From a virus, in IMG/VR virus record IMGVR_UViG_3300005613_002762, positions 64,001 to 128,000 of that record: a DNA stretch of 64,000 nucleotides. One strand, written 5' to 3'. Shown one piece after another: positions 19,985 through 30,879 of the stretch. A program made the position numbers and the translations under genes. The notes below the pieces were generated by a model. That model made no database searches, had not been told where the DNA came from, and saw only the letters and a list, made by a program, of their open reading frames with translations. Each line of letters opens with the position of its first letter. Within the stretch, counting starts at the first letter, position 1.

Positions 19985-20423
19985 ACAAAATAGAGTTATC
20001 GGAATAACTTGTTCTACATTTGATCTTCTTCATGCGGGGCATATAATAATGTTAGAAGAATGTAAAAAGTATTGTGACTACCTAATATGTGCACTTCAAG
20101 TTGACCCGTCAATCGATCGACCTGAAAAAAACAAACCCATACAATCTTTAGTTGAAAGATACATTCAATTAAATGCCGTTCAATACGTAGATAAGATTAT
20201 TCCATACACTACCGAAGAAGAGTTGATAACTATATTTTCTTCATTAGATTTAGATGTAAGAATCATTGGTGAAGAATATAAAGACACTGAATTTACGGCT
20301 AAAAATATTTGTCAAAAACGAGGTATAAAATTAGTATACAATAAACGAGATCATGACTTTTCAACCACAAATTTAAGAGAAAGAATTTACAACCAAGAAT
20401 CAAATAAACGTTTTTTAAAATAA
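19977..20423 (+). CDS. tagD: Glycerol-3-phosphate cytidylyltransferase-like enzyme
   Basis: TFDLLHAGH (HxGH), R.HDFSTT. Confidence 0.8.
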   Translation: MDKQNRVIGITCSTFDLLHAGHIIMLEECKKYCDYLICALQVDPSIDRPEKNKPIQSLVERYIQLNAVQYVDKIIPYTTEEELITIFSSLDLDVRIIGEEYKDTEFTAKNICQKRGIKLVYNKRDHDFSTTNLRERIYNQESNKRFLK

Positions 20424-20426
20424 TAC

Positions 20427-21158
20427 ATGGTAAGAAGAAAAACAAACACACCAACCGAGGAAATTAAAACCCCACAATCAAAAAAAGATTTTATAAACTC
20501 GGTAATAAAGAAAAAACAGAGGAGTAAATTTCTTACTGAAAATCAAAGAGAATATTATAATAAATTAATTTCAAACCAAATTACAATATGTTCAGGACCC
20601 GCAGGTGTTGGTAAGAGTTATATTGCAATGAAAGCGGCTGTTGATTTACTAATGGAACCTGATAATGGTTATGAGAAAATTATTATCGTAAGACCAGCAG
20701 TCGAAGCCGAAGAAAAATTAGGATCATTACCAGGAAATTTAGAAGAAAAGTTAGACCCTTACATTTTTCCATCTTATTATCTTTTAAATAAAATTATTGG
20801 AAAAGACGCAAGGGAAAAACTAAAAGAAGCTGAAATTATTGAGGTGTTTGCTTTGGCATATATGAGAGGAATGAATATTGATAATTCAATACTAATTTTT
20901 GAGGAAGCTCAAAACTCGACTCCAAACCAAATGAAACTTCTTTTAACCAGAATTGGATTTTCAAGTAAATTCTTTATATCAGGAGACTTGGAACAAACTG
21001 ATAGATATAAGGATAAAAAACAATCAGGTCTTTACGATGCGATAACAAGGTTTAATTTTATTAGTGATATTGGGACTTTTGAATTCAACGATAAAGATGT
21101 TGTAAGAAATCCATTAATTTCAAAAATACTTCAAAAATATGACGAGAATCGCGATTGA
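20427..21158 (+). CDS. phoH: PhoH-family ATPase
   Basis: GPAGVGKS, RPAVEA, LGSLPG, YMRG, EEAQN, LTRIG, GDLEQTD. Confidence 0.93.
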   Translation: MVRRKTNTPTEEIKTPQSKKDFINSVIKKKQRSKFLTENQREYYNKLISNQITICSGPAGVGKSYIAMKAAVDLLMEPDNGYEKIIIVRPAVEAEEKLGSLPGNLEEKLDPYIFPSYYLLNKIIGKDAREKLKEAEIIEVFALAYMRGMNIDNSILIFEEAQNSTPNQMKLLLTRIGFSSKFFISGDLEQTDRYKDKKQSGLYDAITRFNFISDIGTFEFNDKDVVRNPLISKILQKYDENRD

Positions 21159-21804
21159 TATTAACGGTGTTCTAAGAGATACTATTGGTAAGTTTGATCA
21201 ATTATATGAGAAACATTTAATTGAAAAAAATGAAGATCAATTTTTAGGTCAAACTTATGAACTTGATATGTCAGGTAATACCGAAATTATTGAAACCTCA
21301 GAAGATAACTTTAAGTATGAAAAATTATCTGATGTTACCACTCTTAATTTAAACGATCATTATACATTTAAGAGTTCAGAAGAACTTTTTAATTTTATGT
21401 TTGAAGAATATGCTATGGAATTATTTGGTCACGCTCCGTCCACCGAAATGACAACATTTAATATGTTAAATGACTTGTATTTTGATTTAAGAGATGATAA
21501 CGAACTTTTAGTAGTGTCTCGAGAGATTGGTAAATCAAAACCATCATCACTATTTTTTCTATCTAAATTCGGATGTCTTTTAGAAAAAGTTGTATTTTTT
21601 AGTGATATCACAACTAATGATATGTGGAATCAAGTAGATATTTTACTTACCGCAGATCCTATGTTATTATTAGATAAACCAACAAACAAAATTGTTGTAA
21701 AATTTAACACATCCTACAATAAACAAATTTCGTCTGAATATGAGGTATCATCTTTATCTGAGTTTGGCGAAATACTAAAAAAATTAAAAGAAAATGTTAT
21801 TTAA
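21139..21804 (+). CDS. HAD/5'(3')-deoxyribonucleotidase-like protein, possibly degenerate
   Basis: IAIDINGVLRD resembles HAD motif I (DxDGV with D to N). Confidence 0.55.
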   Translation: MTRIAIDINGVLRDTIGKFDQLYEKHLIEKNEDQFLGQTYELDMSGNTEIIETSEDNFKYEKLSDVTTLNLNDHYTFKSSEELFNFMFEEYAMELFGHAPSTEMTTFNMLNDLYFDLRDDNELLVVSREIGKSKPSSLFFLSKFGCLLEKVVFFSDITTNDMWNQVDILLTADPMLLLDKPTNKIVVKFNTSYNKQISSEYEVSSLSEFGEILKKLKENVI

Positions 21805-22051
21805 TATATTTGGTGAAAATTATTACATAGATATCGACAAAGTAGAAAAAGAAGTCGAGATGGCAAATTTAAGTGGAGAATCACAAATTCATTTAGTCAA
21901 ATACGAATTAATTAAAACTATGATTGAGGTTTTGATAACAGAATCAGAACCAGTTGATGAAAAAATGGGACCAACTAATAGTGAATTAACTATTCCCTTT
22001 AAAATATCATTTAATAGTTTAGTAATGAAAAACATAATAAATAAAATATAA
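21794..22051 (+). CDS. Hypothetical phage protein
   Basis: 85-aa coupled ORF. Confidence 0.7.
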   Translation: MLFNIFGENYYIDIDKVEKEVEMANLSGESQIHLVKYELIKTMIEVLITESEPVDEKMGPTNSELTIPFKISFNSLVMKNIINKI

Positions 22052-22057
22052 TACAAT

Positions 22058-23116
22058 ATGAGCAACGACAATTTTGAAAAGTTAGAAAACTCCATAAATA
22101 GAATGAAAGAAAAACTTTCACGAATCTATTTTATGGTTCAAGACACTAAAGGGAATGCGAAAGCATCGGTTCGTTATATCTACCAAATGGCTTTGACATT
22201 AAAAAGAAATGGATATAACTCAATAATTCTACACGAAAAACCTGAATACTTTGGTGTATCATCTTGGTTAGGTGAAGAGTATATGACAGAACTTGATCAC
22301 AGAGCAATCGAAGGAACGAGTTTGGAAATTTCTCCTGATGATTTAATTATCATTCCTGAAATCTACGGATTTATCATGGATCAAATTACAAAACTTCCTT
22401 GTGGAAAAATTGTTTTAAGTCAGGCATTTGATCACATATTTGAAACTTTACAACCAGGACAATCTTGGTCACAATTAGGTTTTTATAAGTGTATTACAAC
22501 ATCTGAAAAACAAAAAGAATTAATTGAATCTGTTATGAGAAATATTAGTGTTGATGTTGTTGAACCTTACATTTCTGAAAACTTTCAAAAAAATGAGTTC
22601 CCACCAAAAACAATCATTAATATTCACACAAGAGATCAAAGAGACACAGCAAACTTAATTAAAAGTTTCTATGTTAAATTTCCACAATATAGATGGATTA
22701 CTTTTAGAGATTTAAGAGGTCTTAGTGAATCTGAGTTTTCTGAAGCAATGAAAGACAGTTTTATTTCTGTTTGGATTGATCAAACAAGTTCATATGGAAC
22801 TTTTCCTTTAGAATCAATGAAGATGGGTATTCCAGTGTTAGGTTTAGTTCCTGACATTGTTCCTTCTTGGATGAATGAAAATAACGGTTTATGGGTTAAT
22901 AATAAAACGATTATTGTAGATGTATTAGCAGACTTCATTCAAAATTGGTTGGAGGATAATTTAAATCCTGAACTTTTTGATCAAATGGAAAATACACTTG
23001 GTAATATTAGCACAAAAGAAAGTTTCGAGAATAACACATTATCACTATTCTCAAACATTTTTGAAAAACGAATCACTTCTTTTGAAGATCAACTTTCTAA
23101 ATTTGAAACAATATAA
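22058..23116 (+). CDS. Putative GT-B glycosyltransferase
   Basis: DLIIIPE, SYGTFPLESMKMGIPV (E-x7-E-like region). Confidence 0.7.
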   Translation: MSNDNFEKLENSINRMKEKLSRIYFMVQDTKGNAKASVRYIYQMALTLKRNGYNSIILHEKPEYFGVSSWLGEEYMTELDHRAIEGTSLEISPDDLIIIPEIYGFIMDQITKLPCGKIVLSQAFDHIFETLQPGQSWSQLGFYKCITTSEKQKELIESVMRNISVDVVEPYISENFQKNEFPPKTIINIHTRDQRDTANLIKSFYVKFPQYRWITFRDLRGLSESEFSEAMKDSFISVWIDQTSSYGTFPLESMKMGIPVLGLVPDIVPSWMNENNGLWVNNKTIIVDVLADFIQNWLEDNLNPELFDQMENTLGNISTKESFENNTLSLFSNIFEKRITSFEDQLSKFETI

Positions 23117-23118
23117 TT

Positions 23119-23925
23119 ATGAATACAGAACAAAAAATTTCAGTAATTTTACCGATTAAATCGGCAAAAGCAATCGGATTTGAAGACTTTTTTGATAAGT
23201 CAATTCAGTCCGTAAAAAATCAAAAAGATCACTTGAACGAATTAATAATTGTTCACGGCAATGAAGAACTATTAATCAATCACTTAACATCATATGATTT
23301 TGGTGATTTAAATGTGGTTTTAGAAAATTGGACTCAGGAACCTAACTTCGCAAAACAAGTCAATCACGGAGTATCAATTTCAAATTCTAATTGGTGTTCA
23401 ATTTTAGAGTTTGATGATGAGTATTCAAATATTTGGTTCAAAAACGCAACAAAATATATGGGAATCTATAAAAATGTTGAGGTATTTTTACCGATCGTTG
23501 TTGATATTGATGATAAAATGGTATTTGCTGGTTTCACAAATGAAGCAACATTTGCACAAAATATTTCTTCTGAAATGGGTATTTTAACAAATGAAACCTT
23601 ACAAAATTTTCAAAACTTTCAAATTTCAGGAATGGTTTTCCAAAAAGAAAAATTCTTAGAAGTTGGTGGTATTAAATCAAATCTTAAATTAACTTTTGGT
23701 TATGAATTATTTTTAAGATTGACACATAACTCGGCAAGAATTATGACAATTCCAAGAATCGGATACAAACATATGAATCTTAGAGAAGGATCTATTTTTT
23801 GGAATTACAAAAATGGTGAAAATAGATTAACTCAAGACGAAGCGAGATTTTGGATCGAAACTGCAAAAAAAGAATATTTTTTCAACTCTGAAAGAGATAT
23901 ACAGTATGAATCACAAGAAGTTTAA
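23119..23925 (+). CDS. GT2-like glycosyltransferase
   Basis: ISVILP, QVNHGV, ILEFDD, FLEVGG. Confidence 0.75.
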   Translation: MNTEQKISVILPIKSAKAIGFEDFFDKSIQSVKNQKDHLNELIIVHGNEELLINHLTSYDFGDLNVVLENWTQEPNFAKQVNHGVSISNSNWCSILEFDDEYSNIWFKNATKYMGIYKNVEVFLPIVVDIDDKMVFAGFTNEATFAQNISSEMGILTNETLQNFQNFQISGMVFQKEKFLEVGGIKSNLKLTFGYELFLRLTHNSARIMTIPRIGYKHMNLREGSIFWNYKNGENRLTQDEARFWIETAKKEYFFNSERDIQYESQEV

Positions 23926-24668
23926 TGTCAGAAATCCAAACGGAAATATCGAACGAAAAGAAAAAGAAAGGAAGAAAACCGAGCACATTAAATTACTTCG
24001 CAGAAAGAGAAGAAAAAGCTGTTAGAGATTTTTTAACAGCGGAGACTTTTGAAGAACGAAATAAGATTTATAATGAATTCTTAAAAGATCCTTTAGATAA
24101 AATGATATCATCTATAATTAGAAGATATAAATTATATAGAAAAGACATGAACTACGAAGAAATTCATGTTGATACACATTCATTTCTTATGACCAAAATA
24201 GAAAAGTTTAAGCCTTCAAAAGAGAAGAAGGCTTATTCTTATCTTGGGACAATTTGTAAAAATTATCTGATGGGACAAATTATGAAGGACCAAAAAGAAA
24301 TGAATAGAAAAATTCCTTACGAAGATATATCTTCAGATTTAACCAACAGACCTGAAATGTCATATGTTATTGATAATGATGATCTTAGTTCGGAATATGT
24401 TATTAAAAAATTTCTTGATAAATTAAAAAATGAACTAAATAATGATGATTGTAGCGATCAAGAATTTAAATTAGGATCGGCAATCTACGACTTATTTGAA
24501 AATTATGGAACTATATTTCCAGACACAAATAACAATAAATTTAACAAAAATATTATTTTATTTGAGTTAAGAGAAATGACAAATTTGTCCACCAAAGAAA
24601 TCAGAAATTCTATAAAAAAGTATAAAAAACTATATTTTGATTTAGTTCAAGATTTACTCAAAAGTTAA
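23925..24668 (+). CDS. Putative phage late sigma factor (gp55-like)
   Basis: Sigma region-2-like KFKPSKEKKAYSYLGTICKNYL. Confidence 0.6.
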   Translation: MSEIQTEISNEKKKKGRKPSTLNYFAEREEKAVRDFLTAETFEERNKIYNEFLKDPLDKMISSIIRRYKLYRKDMNYEEIHVDTHSFLMTKIEKFKPSKEKKAYSYLGTICKNYLMGQIMKDQKEMNRKIPYEDISSDLTNRPEMSYVIDNDDLSSEYVIKKFLDKLKNELNNDDCSDQEFKLGSAIYDLFENYGTIFPDTNNNKFNKNIILFELREMTNLSTKEIRNSIKKYKKLYFDLVQDLLKS

Positions 24669-24680
24669 TATTTATTTATT

Positions 24681-25052
24681 ATGCCAAGACCACCAAAAAA
24701 AGAGATTAATTTAAGCAAAGAGTCAATGTTATCATTGATGCAAGAAATATACAATGAACTTGTAGAACAAAGAAATACCGCAATTAGAATTCAAAATAAA
24801 ATGTTAACTATGATGAAAGAACCTGAAGATATGACTCTGATTGGTCCTGTAATCGAAAAACAACAAAAAATAATTAATGACTGTGTGGATAAGAAATTAA
24901 CTCTTTCTAAACTTCAAGCACAAATGTGGCAAAAAAATACGGAAAAAGAAGAAGATTTCACACTTTCTGATTTAGATATTGATGATGAAACTTTTCAAAA
25001 TTTACTAAAAAAAGATATGAACAAAGATGAGTCATATAAAATGAAAAAATAA
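24681..25052 (+). CDS. Hypothetical coiled-coil protein
   Basis: 123 aa after ATATTTAT. Confidence 0.7.
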   Translation: MPRPPKKEINLSKESMLSLMQEIYNELVEQRNTAIRIQNKMLTMMKEPEDMTLIGPVIEKQQKIINDCVDKKLTLSKLQAQMWQKNTEKEEDFTLSDLDIDDETFQNLLKKDMNKDESYKMKK

Positions 25053-25058
25053 TAAATT

Positions 25059-26987
25059 ATGGCAGTCGATATTAATAGTGAATTAAAAAAAGCAGCCAAT
25101 AAGACTAATGTTTATAAAACCTATAAGGAATATAAACAAGGATATGACGATTTAAAAAAGAAGGCCGGAGACTCGCAAGAACCGGCAAATAAGTTTTTGT
25201 CAAATCAGTTAGGTAAATTTGTTGAAAATAGAAAAAAACATACCTCAAACGCAAAGACTTTCATTGATGAACTAATAACTCAACTTAAAGAATTAAAAGG
25301 GTCGGGATTAGAAACCGATACATTAATAAAAAGAATTTTTGTTAATTCATTAAAAAAAATTAAACCAGAACTTAAGGATTTAATTATTAGTGAGGCTCAG
25401 AAGGCTTTAGCGTGTAGTAATTTACAAGAATATCAGTTCAACACCACTTATTATATACCAGTTAAATCTGTTGATTTATTTGGTATTTTGGAGTCATCAC
25501 CTCAAGAACGAGTTGGTAAGTTATTTTACGAAAAAGACCCAATTTCATTTAATTCTTTTCCTTTTTCCATGAATAAAGAATTATATGACAGAATACAAAA
25601 TTTAAATCAACCATATACCGCAGTTGCAGGAACCGATTATTTAGGAACATCACAACAAAATTTATTTGACATCAGTTATGTTGAAAGTTACTTTGACATT
25701 CCAACTCAACAAACCATACAAGGTAGCTTTTTTAAAGTGGATTTAAAACCAAGACAAACAGCACCTGTTATTGATGAATTTTTAAATGACTACTATAGCA
25801 CAATAGACATATTAGATTATAAAACATTTTTTACAAATTTAACTGATTACGTTACAGGGGCAATATCTTTTAGTAGAGGTGATGGTAAATTAAAATTAGC
25901 ATCAATTCAAAAGTCACTTATGATAATGCAAAGAATTTTGGGATTATGTTCAGATTCAAATAAAGAAATAAATGTTGGTGGGACATCTAAAGTATCAGAA
26001 GTTGACAACATTGACGAATCTTTCTATGAATTTACTGATATCGATTTAAGAATAATAGATCAAATCACATCTGATATTAAGTTAGGTGTCGTTGAATTTG
26101 AGGATTGTGATAATATAAAAGTTCCCATGAATGTTGATGCGGTTTTAACAGCATTAGATGATTTAGTATTTAATGAAGATACTTCGGATGTTAATGAAAT
26201 TAATAACGCTTTAGGTGTTATCTATCCTGTAGTTGATGAGGACCCTACTTTCAAACTGGCAATCGATGCTGGGTTCTTTCAACAATTTATAAAAGCACTA
26301 ACTAATACTGTTTTATCACCAAAGGCAGTATTACCGATTATGATTGCAGCTGGTATGGTAAATCAACCAATTTTCAATCAAATAGGTAATTTGGAAGATT
26401 TTTTAAAAAGATTTAAAAATTTCTTTAATGAATTTTTAACAAAAATCGCATCAGTTTTTACAAAGGCCGTATTTGACGAACTTAAAAAAGAAATTAAAGT
26501 TTTGGTAAGTCTTCTTTTGAAGGATATTGCAGATGAAAAAACTAAAAAGAAATATCGTATGATTTTGTCTATTGTTGCAATTTTACCAGCATTAACTCAA
26601 GTGGTTAAAGATTTTAGAGAATGTAAAAGTGTCTTAGATGAATTATTACAATTGTTAAATATTGGTGTTAGAAAACGACTTGACGTTTTATCTGCTGCGG
26701 GTGGTGATTTACCATTACCACTTTTACTATCCGCAAGACTCTTAGATGGTTATTCGCCGACAAGATCTTTTTTGAATACGGTTCAAAATTTACAAGAGTT
26801 AGGAATACCAACAGGGCCAATGCCAGATGGAAGTCCAAATAAGTTTTTAGCATCAATAAAAGCAATGATTGACGGTAATTCACAAGAAATTGCGGAAAAT
26901 GGAAAAGTCGCGATCGGAATAGGTCCATTAACAATTACTCCTGCGGGAGTTACAATACCAAAAGATGCATATGGAAAGTTCATTTAA
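25059..26987 (+). CDS. Hypothetical, probably virion, protein
   Basis: 642-aa ORF upstream of a baseplate-like gene. Confidence 0.7.
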   Translation: MAVDINSELKKAANKTNVYKTYKEYKQGYDDLKKKAGDSQEPANKFLSNQLGKFVENRKKHTSNAKTFIDELITQLKELKGSGLETDTLIKRIFVNSLKKIKPELKDLIISEAQKALACSNLQEYQFNTTYYIPVKSVDLFGILESSPQERVGKLFYEKDPISFNSFPFSMNKELYDRIQNLNQPYTAVAGTDYLGTSQQNLFDISYVESYFDIPTQQTIQGSFFKVDLKPRQTAPVIDEFLNDYYSTIDILDYKTFFTNLTDYVTGAISFSRGDGKLKLASIQKSLMIMQRILGLCSDSNKEINVGGTSKVSEVDNIDESFYEFTDIDLRIIDQITSDIKLGVVEFEDCDNIKVPMNVDAVLTALDDLVFNEDTSDVNEINNALGVIYPVVDEDPTFKLAIDAGFFQQFIKALTNTVLSPKAVLPIMIAAGMVNQPIFNQIGNLEDFLKRFKNFFNEFLTKIASVFTKAVFDELKKEIKVLVSLLLKDIADEKTKKKYRMILSIVAILPALTQVVKDFRECKSVLDELLQLLNIGVRKRLDVLSAAGGDLPLPLLLSARLLDGYSPTRSFLNTVQNLQELGIPTGPMPDGSPNKFLASIKAMIDGNSQEIAENGKVAIGIGPLTITPAGVTIPKDAYGKFI

Positions 26988-27207
26988 TATTAACGAAAAG
27001 AAAATAAGGGCTGGTGAAGTTTTAGAAATTATTAAAGACTACAAAGAAAAGTCTAATAAAGATTTAAAAATTGCCATGGACTTTATTCAAGAAGATTTCA
27101 CTTTAACAAAAGAGTCAATATTAAAATTGACACATCATTTAGATAAGTTAGAAAATACATATAATTTACTATATAAAGAATATACTGAGAGGACTAAAAT
27201 AAAATGA
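26965..27207 (+). CDS. Hypothetical phage protein
   Basis: 80-aa coupled ORF. Confidence 0.65.
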   Translation: MHMESSFNINEKKIRAGEVLEIIKDYKEKSNKDLKIAMDFIQEDFTLTKESILKLTHHLDKLENTYNLLYKEYTERTKIK

Positions 27208-28754
27208 ATGACGATAAATTAATATCACAAGGATTTGTAATTAACAATCAAGACCCTTTAATGTTAGGAAGAATTAGAGCGGTTCCTGTTGAGGAGCTAG
27301 AATCTGCTTTATTACCTGAAGATTGGAATGAGGAGACTGATATATGGACAGAAAAAGATCCTCTAATTTATTTACCCCTTTTACCGTATTACATTAGTCA
27401 AGTCCCAAAAGTTGATGAATATATACACATATTCTATTACAACAAAAGACAAGTAATTGACAATTCAAAGTTTTATATTCAAGGTCCAATCACAAGACCG
27501 CAAAATAATAGTTTTGAATACTATAAAAATTCAGAATCAATGCTTGCAAGTGGGACATTTTTAAAACAAGCGAATAACATAAAAGATCCTTTAACTTTTG
27601 AATTAAAAGGTCAATCACAAGGGATTTACCCTGAACCTGGTGACAATTCTATTTTAGGAAGGGGAACGTCTGATGTAATTGTTAAAGAAAATGACGTTTT
27701 AATTAGAGCAGGAAAAAATATAAAAAGTCAAACCGCAGGGTTTAATCTACCGACACCAAGACAAAATAGAAGTTTTTTACAAATATCACTATACGATCAA
27801 GAAAAAAAAGAATTAGAACCAATAAATCGAAGAGTCTTTTCAAACAAACCCCAATTAGTTAAAAAATTAATAGAATGGGATATTACCGATGAGTTTATTT
27901 TGACAGGTTTTACAAGTGGAGGTGGGGTTACAGGAACAACAACATATAATGGTAATATTAAGTTATATTCTTTATTACCAAAAGATCAAACAAAAACTAC
28001 CGAAATTGATATGACCACACCTTTAGATTCTTTTAAAAGTGGTCCTGAATATACTTTAGACTTTACAGGTAAGACTTTAGATGAGGGTGTTAAAATAATT
28101 AATCAATTTATAAATGGTGTTAATCAAGGTAAAATAAATGTTGATGGATATACCCAATTTCCATTAGAGAATGATACCAAATTAGAAAAACAATTTCCAT
28201 TCTATTTTAGACCTTCAAAAGATAGTATTGACAAGTTGTCATCAACAGGGTCAACCGATTTTAACATGATTAACAATTTCTTTAGACGAATTAAATTATT
28301 ACCATCAGATCGTCAATTTGGAAGTGTTTTAGTTTGGTCAAAAAACGTTGTAGGGGAACAACTTACATTACAAAAGGAAACTTTAAGACAAAGTGTTTAT
28401 ACACCAAATCCGGTGTCGTATGGAACAATCGCCTCTGATTTTGTTTATTTATTATCACATAAATCAGATATACCATCAAAACAAAAAATTAATCTCGAAC
28501 CGAAAGAAACTCTATATGGGATTTCACAAGAATATTTTACGGAGCAAATTTTACCAAATACCGACCCAATGGTTAGAGGAAACGAACTTATGAAACTTCT
28601 AACATTGATTGTCAATTTTTTAGCATCACATGTTCACAATATTAATGAGGCTCCGATTCCAATTGGAACTGATGGGACTCAATTAGAAGATATAAGAAAA
28701 ATCTTACAAGACGCAGATAATTCAATTTTAAATCAAAATATTCGAATCAATTGA
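27204..28754 (+). CDS. Baseplate hub/spike protein (gp5/VgrG OB-fold-like N-terminus)
   Basis: VINNQDPLMLGRIRA...PKVDE; C-terminal VRGNEL...SHVH. Confidence 0.65.
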   Translation: MNDDKLISQGFVINNQDPLMLGRIRAVPVEELESALLPEDWNEETDIWTEKDPLIYLPLLPYYISQVPKVDEYIHIFYYNKRQVIDNSKFYIQGPITRPQNNSFEYYKNSESMLASGTFLKQANNIKDPLTFELKGQSQGIYPEPGDNSILGRGTSDVIVKENDVLIRAGKNIKSQTAGFNLPTPRQNRSFLQISLYDQEKKELEPINRRVFSNKPQLVKKLIEWDITDEFILTGFTSGGGVTGTTTYNGNIKLYSLLPKDQTKTTEIDMTTPLDSFKSGPEYTLDFTGKTLDEGVKIINQFINGVNQGKINVDGYTQFPLENDTKLEKQFPFYFRPSKDSIDKLSSTGSTDFNMINNFFRRIKLLPSDRQFGSVLVWSKNVVGEQLTLQKETLRQSVYTPNPVSYGTIASDFVYLLSHKSDIPSKQKINLEPKETLYGISQEYFTEQILPNTDPMVRGNELMKLLTLIVNFLASHVHNINEAPIPIGTDGTQLEDIRKILQDADNSILNQNIRIN

Positions 28755-28774
28755 TATTTATAAAGAAAAAGTAA

Positions 28775-30244
28775 ATGTCGATTCACAATTCCTACTTTAG
28801 TAGAAATAATACAATAGTATACAACAGTTATGTAAATACGGGAAGAAACCCTGTAATGCAACTGTATTACGGTGAAGGTGGTTTAGTTAGTCCTATTGGA
28901 TATTCTAGATTCATTTTTGATTTAGATCTAACATCTTTACGTGAAAAAATTGCTGACGGAACAATTTCTACAAATTGCCAAAATTCAAGTTTGACTCACA
29001 TATTGAAAATGACGAATACATCGTCGTTTAATAACGAATTATTAAACACATCGATGCCCGATGGTAGTTTAAGATCAACGTCATTCGATTTAATTTTATT
29101 TAGAATACCACCAATTAATTTTGATCCTGCATTTCCACAAATATGGGATGAGGGAGTTGGGTATGACTTTTATGATGTTCCTGATCAATTAGGACCAAAT
29201 AGAGATTATTCAGTAAGACCTTCAAATTGGTTTCAAAGAACAACAATTAATAATTGGCAACAAGCAGGAATTTATGACAATACAAACGGAGGTTTAGTTC
29301 CTTTTTCATCAATAACAATCGTTGACATCCAACATTTTGAATTTGGGAATGAAAACATCGAATTTGATATGTCCACAGAAATAAATGATGTTTTAAGTGG
29401 AGCAATACAAAACCCAACAGGGTGGGGAATTGCATATCTACCACAGGTTGAAAATTTATCAGGAACTACAGGGACATATTCAGTTGGGTTTTTCACACGA
29501 CACACACAAACATTTTATGAACCATATCTTCAAACAACATATAACGATTTAATTGATGATAGTAGAAATAATTTTTCTATGGGTAGATCTAATAAGTTAT
29601 ATTTATACGCATATGAAGATGGTGATTTTGTTAATTTAGATCAAAATCCTTTGGTATCACTTTCAGATTCTTCAGGAACCCCAATTGTTGGTCTTCAAAA
29701 TCTAACAACATGCAGAAGAACAAAAGGAGTTTATGAGGTGACGATTCCACCATTAATTGGTTATCAAACACCTTGCACATTCACAGATACTTGGTCTAAC
29801 ATTGAATTGAATGGATTTAATTTACCAAATCAAGTTAATGAATTTGTTTTATATCCATTTAAAAAAACAATACAAATCGGAACAAATACAAATGATCCAG
29901 CTCAATACGGATTTTCATATTATGGAATCAAACAAGATGAAAGAATATTAAATACCGATATTAGAAAAGTTGGGGTTGTTATTAAACAAGCATATACAAC
30001 AAACAAACAACTTCCAAACATAGATGGTCAATATAGGGTTTATGTAAAGGAGGGAACAACTGAAGTTATTGTTCAAGATTGGACAACTTTAAATAAAACA
30101 CCAAATGAATATTATTTCATATTTGACACAAGAGACAAAATTGCAAATGAATATTTCATTGACATTAAGGTTACAACTTCAGGACAAGTTAATGTTTATA
30201 AACAACAAATTAATTTCTTTATTGTTAATGTTAAACCAGAATAA
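28775..30244 (+). CDS. Putative virion structural protein
   Basis: 489 aa, beta-rich, WDEGVG and FFTRHT...EPYL motifs; late-type motif upstream. Confidence 0.6.
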   Translation: MSIHNSYFSRNNTIVYNSYVNTGRNPVMQLYYGEGGLVSPIGYSRFIFDLDLTSLREKIADGTISTNCQNSSLTHILKMTNTSSFNNELLNTSMPDGSLRSTSFDLILFRIPPINFDPAFPQIWDEGVGYDFYDVPDQLGPNRDYSVRPSNWFQRTTINNWQQAGIYDNTNGGLVPFSSITIVDIQHFEFGNENIEFDMSTEINDVLSGAIQNPTGWGIAYLPQVENLSGTTGTYSVGFFTRHTQTFYEPYLQTTYNDLIDDSRNNFSMGRSNKLYLYAYEDGDFVNLDQNPLVSLSDSSGTPIVGLQNLTTCRRTKGVYEVTIPPLIGYQTPCTFTDTWSNIELNGFNLPNQVNEFVLYPFKKTIQIGTNTNDPAQYGFSYYGIKQDERILNTDIRKVGVVIKQAYTTNKQLPNIDGQYRVYVKEGTTEVIVQDWTTLNKTPNEYYFIFDTRDKIANEYFIDIKVTTSGQVNVYKQQINFFIVNVKPE

Positions 30245-30269
30245 AGAGATATTTATAAAATAAAATATT

Positions 30270-30875
30270 ATGGCAGATTATTATTATTCAGGTCAAAGTT
30301 GCGTTGACAATTCGGTTATTGCGGTATTGAGCGCTATGACACCATACAATATTGGTGATGTTGTTGGTGCAATTGGTCCATTTGATTGTTTTACTATTAC
30401 ATCTTTAGCAAATTCTGGAGACACAGGAACTTTAAGTATTGTTGATAGTTATGACGATTGTATTTCTTGTATTAAAGATGGAGGTGGTGTTTTTATTTTC
30501 TCAGAATGTTCAGATCCTACGTCATTATTTAGCATTGATGTTAATGAATTTAACACGGTTCCATCATTTCTTCAATCATATTATTTAGAATTAACAGGAT
30601 CGACAGGTTGTTTTGTATTTCAAGAATGGAACCCGTCAGATATTCCAGATGAATCTATATCGTTAATATTAGGACCATACGAAGAATGTAATGTATGTGA
30701 AGGATATAACATCCCAACTTCAGCAAATACCGAATACACACTGTGCACAACCGACTGTGATGGAAATCCTGTAGAGTTAGAATTTCCTCATCCTGTGTAT
30801 ACAAATAATTATGGAAATGCAGTTACTCAATTAAACGCAGTTCAATTAGGAGGACCAAACGGATTAAATAATTAA
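30270..30875 (+). CDS. Cys-rich acidic hypothetical protein
   Basis: 201 aa with repeated YDDCISC / YEECNVC units. Confidence 0.7.
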   Translation: MADYYYSGQSCVDNSVIAVLSAMTPYNIGDVVGAIGPFDCFTITSLANSGDTGTLSIVDSYDDCISCIKDGGGVFIFSECSDPTSLFSIDVNEFNTVPSFLQSYYLELTGSTGCFVFQEWNPSDIPDESISLILGPYEECNVCEGYNIPTSANTEYTLCTTDCDGNPVELEFPHPVYTNNYGNAVTQLNAVQLGGPNGLNN

Positions 30876-30879
30876 TAAT

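Noticed and set aside
24681-25052. Terminase small subunit call
   Set aside because: Size and coiled-coil character fit, but there is no diagnostic motif and it is far from the large subunit
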